From assembly GCA_023387775.1 (NCBI GenBank), contig JAEWHN010000384.1, positions 1 to 57,958 of the forward strand: DNA of 57,958 nucleotides, in the 5' to 3' direction. The notes under the pieces are model-generated. The model was not told where the DNA came from. It did not search any database and saw only the letters and a list, made by a program, of their open reading frames with translations. Positions 27,437-36,448 of this stretch are shown here, one piece after another; within the stretch, counting starts at the first letter, position 1; the number at the start of each line of letters is the position of its first letter. Source of the DNA: Pseudomonadota bacterium (lineage in GTDB: Bacteria > Pseudomonadota > Alphaproteobacteria > Rhizobiales > Rhizobiaceae). Both the position numbers and the translations under genes were made by a program.

Positions 27437-28729
27437 TCAGGCCGGAACGTCGAGAGCGACGAAAGGCGAGACCTCGTAGCCATTCTCTTCCGTGAACGGT
27501 GCGTTCATCCAAGGTGCGCCGTCGACGTTCCAGAAGATCTTGATGACCGTCTTGTTGGAGGTGAACTTGACGTGCTCGGAAGCGGCGACGAACGGGCCGG
27601 AGCCATCCTTGATCAGATAATAGCTCCAGTCGGCGAGCAGGATATCACCCTTGGTGCCCAGCGCCGGAGCGCGGTTGTTCCAGCGCACCGGGTAGCCGAG
27701 CAACGTGCCTGCGAAGCCGTCGCGGGCATTGGCGATCCAGATATAGTTGCCGTTCTCATCCTTCAGCTTAGCGATCTGCGGCAGAGCACCTTGTGGGATC
27801 GACCACACCGGCGAGCCGCCGCGCATCAGCAGCACCGCCACCATGTTCACCAGATCAGTGTAACTGACCTGGTTGGCGACGGCGCGATGGACGCGCTTGA
27901 GCACCGGGGAATTGAGTGCGCCGAGCGGCTGACCATTGCCGGTGCCGCGCAGATATGCGTAATCTTCCGCCGCCGAGACGCCGCCACGCATCAGGTTCTC
28001 CAGGAAGGAGGCAGATGCCTGCCAGTTGCGGAGCAACTTGTCTGTGACTGTCACGAAACCGGCGATTTCGTGCGGGACCAGAGTAACGCCCCTGAGCTCG
28101 GCATCGGTCTCCGGCTTTTCGCCGCCTTCCTCGATCCACGAGAAGGTCATGCCGCCGAAGACATTGCCCGGATTTGATCCGCTCTGATCCAGTGCCGGCA
28201 TGGTGATTCCGGCATCCGGCGGCGATCCGGCTGGAATCACGTTAGCGCGCGGGCGAACCAGCGCATCCTGCGGCGACACGCTCACGATGGTGGGACGAAA
28301 TTGCGTCGGCACCATGAACCCGCCCTGGCGGTCGTTGTCCACGCGCATTTCGGCGCGAAGGCCACCTTCACCCGTCTCGGCGCCGACACCTTCGACGAAT
28401 TCCAGACGCTGGTCGCTCGGCCGGAAGCGCACCGCGCTCAGGAACTCGCCGATGCTCTCGAACTCTCGTGCAGCCGGATCGCCGCCAGGGCGCTGGATGC
28501 CGGCGCGGCGAGATGCCGCCGGAACCACTTCGTCCAGAACCGCCTCAGAGGCTTCGACGCCTTCCAGGCGCTCGATACGCTTGTCGAGGTCATCCTTCGA
28601 TGCTTTGGCCGTGTCGAACGCCGTTTGTTCTTCTGCGGTGAGATCACGATCCTCACCCTCGGCGGCTTCGATGATACCGCGCATCTCGGCGACGAGCTTT
28701 GCGCGCTTCTCTCGGAGTTGCTTCAGCAT
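27437..28729 (-). CDS. Major capsid protein (HK97 fold)
   Basis: N-terminal coiled-coil delta domain; GGFMVP, WIEEGGEKPET, GTGNGQPLG and TLLGYPV motifs. Confidence 0.95.
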   Translation of the reverse strand: MLKQLREKRAKLVAEMRGIIEAAEGEDRDLTAEEQTAFDTAKASKDDLDKRIERLEGVEASEAVLDEVVPAASRRAGIQRPGGDPAAREFESIGEFLSAVRFRPSDQRLEFVEGVGAETGEGGLRAEMRVDNDRQGGFMVPTQFRPTIVSVSPQDALVRPRANVIPAGSPPDAGITMPALDQSGSNPGNVFGGMTFSWIEEGGEKPETDAELRGVTLVPHEIAGFVTVTDKLLRNWQASASFLENLMRGGVSAAEDYAYLRGTGNGQPLGALNSPVLKRVHRAVANQVSYTDLVNMVAVLLMRGGSPVWSIPQGALPQIAKLKDENGNYIWIANARDGFAGTLLGYPVRWNNRAPALGTKGDILLADWSYYLIKDGSGPFVAASEHVKFTSNKTVIKIFWNVDGAPWMNAPFTEENGYEVSPFVALDVPA

Positions 28730-28823
28730 GGGTTTCTCCTATTTGCTGAACGCCGGATACGATTTCGCATCGCCCGAGCCGGCCCCCGGAGCGCGATTTT
28801 GTCCGCCAAATGACGGGATGGTG

Positions 28824-29714
28824 TTAGAGTGCGAGCGCCCGCTTCTCGCGCTGGGCTGCAAGTTTGCGCCGAGGCGCGGGCTGTCCGCTGAACCGCGCAA
28901 TGGTTTCGTCGAGCGTGGCGATCCTGTCCGCCATGCCCTCGGCGACTGCTGCTTCGGCCCGCAGCATGCGGCCCTGTCCGAAGCCGTCTCGCACGGCTGA
29001 TAGAGACGCACCACGATTGCGCGCCACGGCGCGCACGAAGTCGTCATAGTAGGAATTTATGACCAGTTGGCGATGCTCGATCGCTTCTTCGCTGAGTGGA
29101 CCGAAGGAATTGCCTTCCGCCTTGAATTTTCCGGCCTTGATGATGGTTTTCTTGACCCCCATTTTTTCAAGTGCCGCGCTCACGTCGTCATGAACACCGA
29201 TGATACCGATCGAGCCGACCTCAGCCGAACTGGTCATCACCACTTCGTCGGCCGCCGAGGCAATCCAGTAGGCCGCGCTGGCAGCATAGCCGTTCACATG
29301 CGCGATAATCGGCTTCGTACCTCGCGCCGCGAATACCCGGGATGACAATTCGTCGGTGCCGGCGACCACACCGCCAGGGCTTTCGACGTCTATGATGATG
29401 GCCTTCACGCCACTGTCGGCAATAGACATGTCCAGCATCTTGCCGAACTTTTCGGAGCTGGTGCCGCCAGATATTTCCGACATCATGTTCATGCGGTTGG
29501 CGATGACGCCGCGCAGCGGAAGAACCGCGACGGCACCCTCTTGGCGCTGCACGTCCCGCTCTGCCTGGCGCGTGATGCGAGCCTCGACTTCTTCGGCAGA
29601 AAGCTTCTCGCCGGCGGCCTGCAAGGCGAGGAAGGCGACAATCTGGTCGAGTTTGTCGGGATCGATCGCCCAAATCTCGGATGCTACCGCCAGCAGGATA
29701 TGTGCGTATCTCAT
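28824..29714 (-). CDS. Prohead protease, S49 family
   Basis: DVESPGG, AASAAYWIASAAD and GSIG motifs. Confidence 0.92.
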   Translation of the reverse strand: MRYAHILLAVASEIWAIDPDKLDQIVAFLALQAAGEKLSAEEVEARITRQAERDVQRQEGAVAVLPLRGVIANRMNMMSEISGGTSSEKFGKMLDMSIADSGVKAIIIDVESPGGVVAGTDELSSRVFAARGTKPIIAHVNGYAASAAYWIASAADEVVMTSSAEVGSIGIIGVHDDVSAALEKMGVKKTIIKAGKFKAEGNSFGPLSEEAIEHRQLVINSYYDDFVRAVARNRGASLSAVRDGFGQGRMLRAEAAVAEGMADRIATLDETIARFSGQPAPRRKLAAQREKRALAL

Positions 29715-31084
29715 TCGCCGTCCCTTTCCGCGCGCTGGTCCGCCTCATCCTCTTCAGGATCAGGCTCACGGTTTGCCGCCGGAGCAGCGGAACCATTCGG
29801 TTGATAGTTCGGATCGGTGGCGCGCTTCAGCGTCACCATGTTTGCCGGCACGAAATGCTCATCTCCCTCCGGCCCGATCGGATCTTCGTCCTCGAGCTGC
29901 AGAATCCTGTTTGGCGAAAAGCCACCGACACTGAAAATCTTGTTGTAAAACTCCGCTCGCGTCTTCATATCCCCGCGCAAAAGCGCGTTCATGTTGAACT
30001 TGACGTAGTAGCCCTGCTCCTTCTCTTCGTCGGTGAAGAGCTTCCAGTTGAGTTCCTGCTCCCAGGCATCGACCCACGGACCGACCGTTTGGCGAATGAA
30101 GCCGATCATCAACTGTTCGATGCCCGATCCCCACGACGTCGTCTTCTCATGGCTCTGGAGCAGAACGAGTGGGACATCGAAGATCCGGGCAATCTCGGCG
30201 ATCTGGAATTCGCGACTGCCAAGGAACTGCGCATCCTCAGGCGGAATGGTCGTCTGAACAAACTTCATGCCTTCTTCGAGGACCTTCACGCGATGGGCGT
30301 TATCGAGGCCGCTCTGTTGATCGAGTTTGGAAGCAGGATTCTCTGGATTGCGCCCGATCTCGCCGTTTGGTCCTTTGATGTTCTGTCTGGCGCCAGCACT
30401 GAGCTTTCCCGGATGAAGCAGGAAGCCGCCAGACTTGGCGTCGTTCGCGAAGAATTTACCTCCGAACGCCTCCATCGCGAGCCCCATACTTACCGCTTCG
30501 CGCGCCATCGCCACCTGCGATATGCCAAGATAGCCATCCTGCGACTGGTCCATGATGTGGATGACGTCGTTCGGATCGAGCGTGACGTTGCGCCCGTCGA
30601 TCGTAGACCTGAAGAAGAACTCGCCGTTTTCTTTGACTGGCCGAGTGCGGTCCGGAAGCAGAGGATAGAGTCCCACGGCTTGGCCGCGACGATTGCGTTC
30701 GATCTCCTGATAACCGTTGCCCCAAAGAAGCGCATGCGCCTGCGTTGTCTTGCGCACGGTACGCGAACTCATCAGCTCATTTGGTCGGACACCAATTCTT
30801 CCCGCAAATGGATGCTGACCGGGACCGTTTCCCTGCGCAACGAGAGCTTTTCCCCCAGCCGCCCGGCTCCGATACATCTTCAAAGGAAACCATGCCACCG
30901 GATTGCTGATCCGGTTCACGCAGGCATAGACCACGGGAAGTTTCAGTGCCGAAAACTCTGTCACCGGCACGCCGGCGTTAGTCTTGCCGCCGCCGATCAT
31001 GCGGACGAACCAGCCCCCCGGGCTGCTGACCGGCTCTGAAGGCAAATACCGGTCTATCGCAAAGAGACGCGAAAGGAAGCTCAT
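29711..31084 (-). CDS. Portal protein (HK97 family)
   Basis: VYACVNRIS, LLWGNGY, DAQFLGSREFQIAEIARIFDVP and LLRGD motifs. Confidence 0.95.
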   Translation of the reverse strand: MSFLSRLFAIDRYLPSEPVSSPGGWFVRMIGGGKTNAGVPVTEFSALKLPVVYACVNRISNPVAWFPLKMYRSRAAGGKALVAQGNGPGQHPFAGRIGVRPNELMSSRTVRKTTQAHALLWGNGYQEIERNRRGQAVGLYPLLPDRTRPVKENGEFFFRSTIDGRNVTLDPNDVIHIMDQSQDGYLGISQVAMAREAVSMGLAMEAFGGKFFANDAKSGGFLLHPGKLSAGARQNIKGPNGEIGRNPENPASKLDQQSGLDNAHRVKVLEEGMKFVQTTIPPEDAQFLGSREFQIAEIARIFDVPLVLLQSHEKTTSWGSGIEQLMIGFIRQTVGPWVDAWEQELNWKLFTDEEKEQGYYVKFNMNALLRGDMKTRAEFYNKIFSVGGFSPNRILQLEDEDPIGPEGDEHFVPANMVTLKRATDPNYQPNGSAAPAANREPDPEEDEADQRAERDGE

Positions 31085-32880
31085 CAGATGTCGATCTCCA
31101 TAAGCCCTCTGCTCTCGTAGACCGATGGGCCGTCGTCGGGCTGGATCGCAAGTGCAGTCGCCATGACCGCGGCGACGATCCCGTCGATCTTTTCTGCCGA
31201 CCGCTTCTTCGCCGGCACGAAGTTCAGGTTCTCATCGAACCGGACAGCAGCATTGCCAGCCATCCAGCGCAGAACAGGATTGCCGCCATGATCCAGAGAT
31301 CCGCTATAGACCAGGCGTTCGAAGAACTTGGTTGGCTCGCCCAGCGTCTGGTGTCCCTGCCGGATCTTCAGCAACAGGTCTTCCGACACGCCTTCCTTGA
31401 TCAGGTCGGTGTAAAGCTTCGTGGCGTTCCACGGATCGTACCCGAGCAGTGCTACGTCGAACACTTCCAACCCTTCGAGGATCGCCCGCAGCACATAGTC
31501 CTGATCGACATAATCGCCGGGGGTCGGCTCGATCGCACAAAGCTTCTGCCACTTGTCGTAGGACACCCTGTCCTGCTTCGACCGCCTCTCGATACTTTCC
31601 TCAGGCACCCAGAAACGGCATACCACCCGCCATTTCGGATCGTCGTCGGTCGGCGGAAACAACCAGATCAGCGCCGTGATGTCGTCGGTCGACGACACGT
31701 CGAAGGCGCCGTAGCACCTGCGACCGGCCAGCCCTGCCGCTTCCATCTTTTCGGTGAAGCTCTCGCCCTGCTTGACGACTAGCGTTTCCCAGCTCGTACG
31801 GTCTTCGGCGCAGGCGTCCCATTTCTTCAGGTTCAGCCAGCGGGTGACAGCGTCGATCCACTGGTTGAGGTGGTAGCATCGAAAGTGCGCTTCTGCCCTT
31901 GGATTGTCCGCTGCGATCGCCGCTTCACGCCTCAGGAAGGCCAACGTCGGCGAAATGCCGAGCGACGGATTTGCCAGCGACCAGTTGCTTTCGTCCTGCC
32001 AGTCCGCATCCTCGTCGATTGCGAAGATCACGACGAGGCTGGTCGGATCGTCAATTCGGCCGTCGAGGATCGAGACCGATTCCTCCCATAGCGCCCAACC
32101 GGTTGGGTTGGTCTTCAGGCCCGCCGTCGAGGCGTAGAGCTCAATCGGCTCGAGCCGGGCGCCAGTACCTTGCCGCAACGTTCCTGCAAGCTCGGCGCTT
32201 TGCCATTCATGCATCTCGTCGCCAGTTATCACCGTTGGCGAGCGGCCGTGCTTTCCTTCCGGCTTCCCCGTGAGCACCTCGAATACCGATCTGATCTTAG
32301 GGATCCAGATCGACTTCTTGAACGCCTGCGCCTTGTCCGCCAGCCCCGGCGACATGGCAATCATGGCCTTCATCTTGTCGAAGACGACGCGAGCCTGCTT
32401 TTCGTCACGCGCGAACGCAAAGCCCTGCCCGCCAACCACACCGTCCAGCACGAAGAAGAGCAGCGACAACGCCGCCAGAAACTCCGATTTGCCGTTCTTG
32501 CGCGGCACCCACAGGAGCAGGCGCCGGAAGAGCCTGACCTGCTCTGTTCGAACCGGCGAATGTTCATCGTCCTGAATGTCGATCGGGACTTTCCACCCGA
32601 CCAGCATGCGAACAATGATTTCCTGCCACAGACCAAGGCGGAACGGCCTGCCGGCGAACCGATCCTCGGTAAGCCGGAAAATCTTGGGGAACAGCGTGAC
32701 CGCCGCATCCGCTTTACGTTCATCGAACCAGGCACCCGGCTGCGACGCAGCCCGTCGCCATTGCACTCGCGCCCAATCCCAGCCTCGAGCAACCGCATCA
32801 GCTATCCATTGCGGCTCGGGCCAGAGAAGGTGGCCGGCGGACGCTGCTATGGCGACGGCCGACACATCAGCCGCGGTCAT
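31084..32880 (-). CDS. terL: Terminase large subunit
   Basis: PRKNGKS Walker A, DEMHE Walker B, STAG, ANPSLG and KIDGIVA motifs. Confidence 0.96.
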   Translation of the reverse strand: MTAADVSAVAIAASAGHLLWPEPQWIADAVARGWDWARVQWRRAASQPGAWFDERKADAAVTLFPKIFRLTEDRFAGRPFRLGLWQEIIVRMLVGWKVPIDIQDDEHSPVRTEQVRLFRRLLLWVPRKNGKSEFLAALSLLFFVLDGVVGGQGFAFARDEKQARVVFDKMKAMIAMSPGLADKAQAFKKSIWIPKIRSVFEVLTGKPEGKHGRSPTVITGDEMHEWQSAELAGTLRQGTGARLEPIELYASTAGLKTNPTGWALWEESVSILDGRIDDPTSLVVIFAIDEDADWQDESNWSLANPSLGISPTLAFLRREAAIAADNPRAEAHFRCYHLNQWIDAVTRWLNLKKWDACAEDRTSWETLVVKQGESFTEKMEAAGLAGRRCYGAFDVSSTDDITALIWLFPPTDDDPKWRVVCRFWVPEESIERRSKQDRVSYDKWQKLCAIEPTPGDYVDQDYVLRAILEGLEVFDVALLGYDPWNATKLYTDLIKEGVSEDLLLKIRQGHQTLGEPTKFFERLVYSGSLDHGGNPVLRWMAGNAAVRFDENLNFVPAKKRSAEKIDGIVAAVMATALAIQPDDGPSVYESRGLMEIDI

Positions 32881-32881
32881 G

Positions 32882-33508
32882 TCAGTTCACGCTATGCGGT
32901 GGTGCCGAGCTGAACTTCGACAATACGCCAATGGCATCGTCCTCAGGTGCAGCCTGGGCAGGTTCGGAAGCGCTGCCGTCGCCGACAGCTGCGGAATCGT
33001 CAGGATCATCGAACAACGGCAACAGACCCCGAGAGGCCGCCTGGTCGCGCATGATCTTGTATCTGGCGTCTGGTCGCATGCCGAAGGATGCTTCGGTGTC
33101 GCGCAGCATCTTCTCGATGTCCTGGCAAGCCTGCCAGGCGGGATGGCGCTTCTTCGTCGGTTCGCCGTTCGTGCCGGTCGCTTCGAACCAGGTGCCTTCC
33201 TTCTGCACCGTGAGATCGGCTGCGATCCATTCGGCGACATACCGGCAGTATCGGCCAAGCGCCATCGCGTCGAGCTGGGTGGCAAGGTTCAGCTGCAGCA
33301 GCTGCGGCAGCACGTCGTTCCAGATCTCGGTGGCCTTGCGGCTTCTCTTGAGCCAGCGCGGCGGCCGCACGTTGCCGATCTGGATTGGCGCAACCTTCGC
33401 CGACGCCCGACGCGCAACAACTTCCTTGCTGGACATACGCTTGCCCGGCGCACCCTTGAGCGCCTGCTGCTCCGGCGTATCTGGCTTGCGACCTCGCGCC
33501 ACCGTCAA
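32882..33508 (-). CDS. terS: Terminase small subunit (P27 family)
   Basis: RGRKP...LKGAPGKR, PPRWL, HPAW and FGMRPDAR motifs. Confidence 0.9.
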   Translation of the reverse strand: MTVARGRKPDTPEQQALKGAPGKRMSSKEVVARRASAKVAPIQIGNVRPPRWLKRSRKATEIWNDVLPQLLQLNLATQLDAMALGRYCRYVAEWIAADLTVQKEGTWFEATGTNGEPTKKRHPAWQACQDIEKMLRDTEASFGMRPDARYKIMRDQAASRGLLPLFDDPDDSAAVGDGSASEPAQAAPEDDAIGVLSKFSSAPPHSVN

Positions 33509-33539
33509 CCCTCACTGATTGCCGGGCGCGCCTGCCCGA

Positions 33540-33640
33540 AAAAAAAGATTTCGCCAATTTCGCGGCGATACACGCGAGCACACCCACCGGTCCGGGCCCT
33601 CGGGCCCTGAACTTTCGACCACCCCCCCTTCAGGAGGGGG
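33540..33640 (-). other. Candidate cos/packaging region
   Basis: Non-coding gap between HNH and terS with a G-run, GGGCCC..GGGCCC, GACCG and a T-run; position typical of HK97-like cos sites; exact cut unknown. Confidence 0.4.
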
Positions 33641-34028
33641 TCGGCGCCAGCAGGCGGGTGATCCGCCGCGCCTCGGCACTGGTCAGGCGCAGGGCTGTGC
33701 GCCCGATCGATCCGCTGGCGAACTGCCGCTCCAACGCCTGCTTGACCACATCGTGGTGCCATTTGCAGCAGGGCTGCCAATTGTCCCGGTCCCAGAAGAG
33801 ATCCGCGTCGCCCTTGTGAGGCACCACGTGATCAACAACTGTTGCTGGCTCGACCAATCCGACCGCCTCACAGCCGCAGCAGAGCGGGTGCTCAACCTTG
33901 AACTGGTAGGCCGCCCGGTCCCATGATGCGCTGTAGCCTCGGTCACGAGCCGAGAGGCGTGCCGGTCTTTCAGCGACTTGGCCCCGATCAGCGCCGTGGC
34001 CGGTGCGTAGCGTCCGTGGTTTGCGCAT
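33630..34028 (-). CDS. HNH endonuclease (HK97 gp74-like packaging cofactor)
   Basis: RGYSASW, HPLCCGC, VDHVVPHKGD..LFWD..NWQPCCKWHH motifs; adjacent to terS. Confidence 0.9.
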   Translation of the reverse strand: MRKPRTLRTGHGADRGQVAERPARLSARDRGYSASWDRAAYQFKVEHPLCCGCEAVGLVEPATVVDHVVPHKGDADLFWDRDNWQPCCKWHHDVVKQALERQFASGSIGRTALRLTSAEARRITRLLAPTPS

Positions 34029-34150
34029 GATTTTCGAGAATGCTTCGCCATCGCGGCGAACCTGACAGGCTCTTGCCTGCGGTTGACCTGGGCCCGATGG
34101 CGCTGCCTCACCTGGAGTGCGACTCTTTCGGGTCTCCTGAGCCGACTCAG

Positions 34151-34819
34151 CTAGTACGATTTCTCCAGCCACGCAAGATCGAGCTCGATCGGCACCGCGC
34201 GCCCGAAGATCATCACCTCGACGAGCGCGCGCCCCTCGTGCTTGCCCTCGCCTAGTTCCTTAATGACAGCTGGAAACGAAGCGAACGCCCCCTCGTTGAC
34301 GAGCACCTGCTGGCCCTGCCCAAACAACACATCAGCATTCGGGCGTACGTCCTTCAGCGTTGCCAGTTCGGCCTTTAGTTTCAGCATCTTGTCATCGGAA
34401 ATGTAGAAAGGCCGTTCACCAGCGCCCAGCACCGCGATAACGTGTTTCACGGCCCTGAGGCCGGACCACGCCTCGGCCGTGTCACTGATCCTTACGAACA
34501 TATAACCAGGCCAGGCAAGCACCCAAAACGCATCTTTCTTGCTGCCCGAGCGGCCGCCGTGATGTGGCTGCTCCGCCTTTCGAAGCGGCAGCCAGTGCTC
34601 TACGAGTGCTGACGAAAGTGACTTATCCACATCATTTTCGCGGTTGCTGGCCACCTTGATGATCGCCCACTGCTTCCCGACACCGGCCTCCCCGGCCGCT
34701 GCAAGCAGCGCCTGCTGCCGTCTAGTGACGCGCATCTGCCGGTCTGATTCGGCATAGCACCTGTCGAGATTGATCGACTCCGCCTCACTCAGCTGCTTGC
34801 CGTTGATCGCCATGTCCAT
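34151..34819 (-). CDS. NusG-family transcription antiterminator (late regulator)
   Basis: WPGYMFV NGN motif and KOW-like VLVNEGAFASFPAVI...VEVMIFGRAVPIELD. Confidence 0.88.
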   Translation of the reverse strand: MDMAINGKQLSEAESINLDRCYAESDRQMRVTRRQQALLAAAGEAGVGKQWAIIKVASNRENDVDKSLSSALVEHWLPLRKAEQPHHGGRSGSKKDAFWVLAWPGYMFVRISDTAEAWSGLRAVKHVIAVLGAGERPFYISDDKMLKLKAELATLKDVRPNADVLFGQGQQVLVNEGAFASFPAVIKELGEGKHEGRALVEVMIFGRAVPIELDLAWLEKSY

Positions 34820-35894
34820 CTTGCCCTCGTACCGCCGCCTCGAATCCTGCCAACCCATCCGGCCCACCAGCCGGGAAGAACACCACCGGCTGGCTGCCGG
34901 GATCTGGTATCCATGGCCAGCCACGGCGCTCGAACTCGGCTCGCCAATCCTCGAACGTCTCTGAGCCGACAGGCACGGCCACCATGCTGGCTTTCAGGCG
35001 CTGCCATCGCTCGCCAAAGCGGAATCCACTGCCGCCGCGGGCCAGGCGATAGATCGCGCCGACGCGGCCGTCATCTTCGCCGAGCAGCACCGTGCCCACC
35101 ACGAAAGCGCTCCACACCGGCCCGAACGGCGGCGCATAGTCTGTCGACGCTGGTTGCTCCGCCCTGGGCGGCGGGAGCTTTTCCCACATCCTCTTCCGCC
35201 AGTAGCTCGAATAGGCCTTGAACGTGGTCCGTCCGGCCTTTTTCACGCTGGCGATGTAATCGGCCTGCCGATCGAGCCCAGCCTGTCGCTCCTCAGGGCT
35301 GCAGGACAGGAAGGCGCTCCATGCCAGCGCATCATCATCCGCCACGAATGTCGGCCACTGGGCATAGGCCCGCTTGAACGCGCGCTTCAGGGCTTTCTGG
35401 CTTTCATCCGTTCCATCTTCGCCCGCGCTTTCTTTCTCGTTCTGATGGGCCGTTCTGAGAGGGTCGTTCTTAGGTGCCGGTCCAGGACCGGCAGGGGGTG
35501 CCGCCTCTGGACCGGCAGGGGGTGCCGATATATCGGCAGGGGTGCCGGCCTGCCGGCAGGGGTCCGCGACCTCGGAATCCGCATCTTTCACGGCCGCAGG
35601 ATCGGGGTGGCGAAGGTCGAGAATGACACGGTAGACGTGCGGACTGTCGCGGCCGCTTTCTTCCTCCTGCACGTGGCGCTCGATGTAACCAGCCTTCACC
35701 AGCCGCTCGATCGCATCGAACACGGTGGAGCGCGCGCAACCCATTTCGTCGGCCATCTTGACCTGGCTCTTGCGGCACCAGCCTAGATCATCGGTATGGC
35801 GGCCGAGGACGCACAGCACCTGCAGGTCGCGCGGCTTCAGCGCCGGGTCTGTGGCCGCACGGGCCGGAATGATTGAAAGTCGTGGACCGCTCAT
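34785..35894 (-). CDS. Replication initiator (N-terminal HTH)
   Basis: GWCRKSQVKMADEMGCARSTVFDAIERLVKAGYI HTH; internal iterons. Confidence 0.8.
   Translation of the reverse strand: MSGPRLSIIPARAATDPALKPRDLQVLCVLGRHTDDLGWCRKSQVKMADEMGCARSTVFDAIERLVKAGYIERHVQEEESGRDSPHVYRVILDLRHPDPAAVKDADSEVADPCRQAGTPADISAPPAGPEAAPPAGPGPAPKNDPLRTAHQNEKESAGEDGTDESQKALKRAFKRAYAQWPTFVADDDALAWSAFLSCSPEERQAGLDRQADYIASVKKAGRTTFKAYSSYWRKRMWEKLPPPRAEQPASTDYAPPFGPVWSAFVVGTVLLGEDDGRVGAIYRLARGGSGFRFGERWQRLKASMVAVPVGSETFEDWRAEFERRGWPWIPDPGSQPVVFFPAGGPDGLAGFEAAVRGQDGHGDQRQAAE
35473..35566. repeat. Iterons, putative phage replication origin
   Basis: CGGCAGGGG(G)T(G)CCG at 35489, 35513, 35534 and 35554, plus a partial copy at 35473. 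Confidence 0.75.
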
Positions 35895-36448
35895 CTCCCT
35901 GCCCTCTTCCATGCGTCGAAGGCGGCGCGCAGGTCCTTCCAGCGCGCGGTTGCCTTGCCGCCGTCGTTGAATTCCCGGCGCGATGTCACGCCGCACAGCG
36001 AGCGCACCTTTTGCGCCACGCGCTCATCGGTCAGCGGGCGTTCCAGCCCGTGACACTGTTCCAGGAACACGCGAAACGCGGCCTCCTGGCATTTCATGGC
36101 GGCCTCGGCCGCGAAGTCCTTGCCGCCTTCGCCGCCCGGCTGTGCGGCCGCCTGCGCCTGCCGTGCAGCCTCCGCCCTGGCACGGCGCGCCGCGGCAATG
36201 GCGCGGTCGACGAGGCCGAGCAGAAACCGCACATGCTCAGGCGCTGCGGTGGTGAACTCGATTTCATCCAGCGTGGCGCCAGCATGGAAGCGCGCCACCG
36301 GCAGCAGCTCGCCCTGCGGCCCGCGCGCCTCGACGAAAGCTCCGTCGCCGTCCTCGGCCCGCAGCCACTCGCCGGGCGCGATCGCCGCGAGCTGCCGCCG
36401 AATCCGGCCGAGCCGGAGCGCTTCCTCTTGCCTGGCAGCGCTCGTCAT
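35891..36448 (-). CDS. Hypothetical phage protein
   Basis: Coupled ATGA overlaps at both ends; VRSLCGVTSRREFN motif. Confidence 0.7.
   Translation of the reverse strand: MTSAARQEEALRLGRIRRQLAAIAPGEWLRAEDGDGAFVEARGPQGELLPVARFHAGATLDEIEFTTAAPEHVRFLLGLVDRAIAAARRARAEAARQAQAAAQPGGEGGKDFAAEAAMKCQEAAFRVFLEQCHGLERPLTDERVAQKVRSLCGVTSRREFNDGGKATARWKDLRAAFDAWKRAGR

Noticed and set aside
11900..33508. Gene transfer agent
   Set aside because: Element has integrase, att repeats, repressor switch, replication gene and HNH/P27 cos-type packaging, so it is a temperate phage
35473..35566. Short spaced repeats as a CRISPR array
   Set aside because: Units are about 15 bp with 5-9 bp gaps, lie inside a CDS, and no cas genes are present
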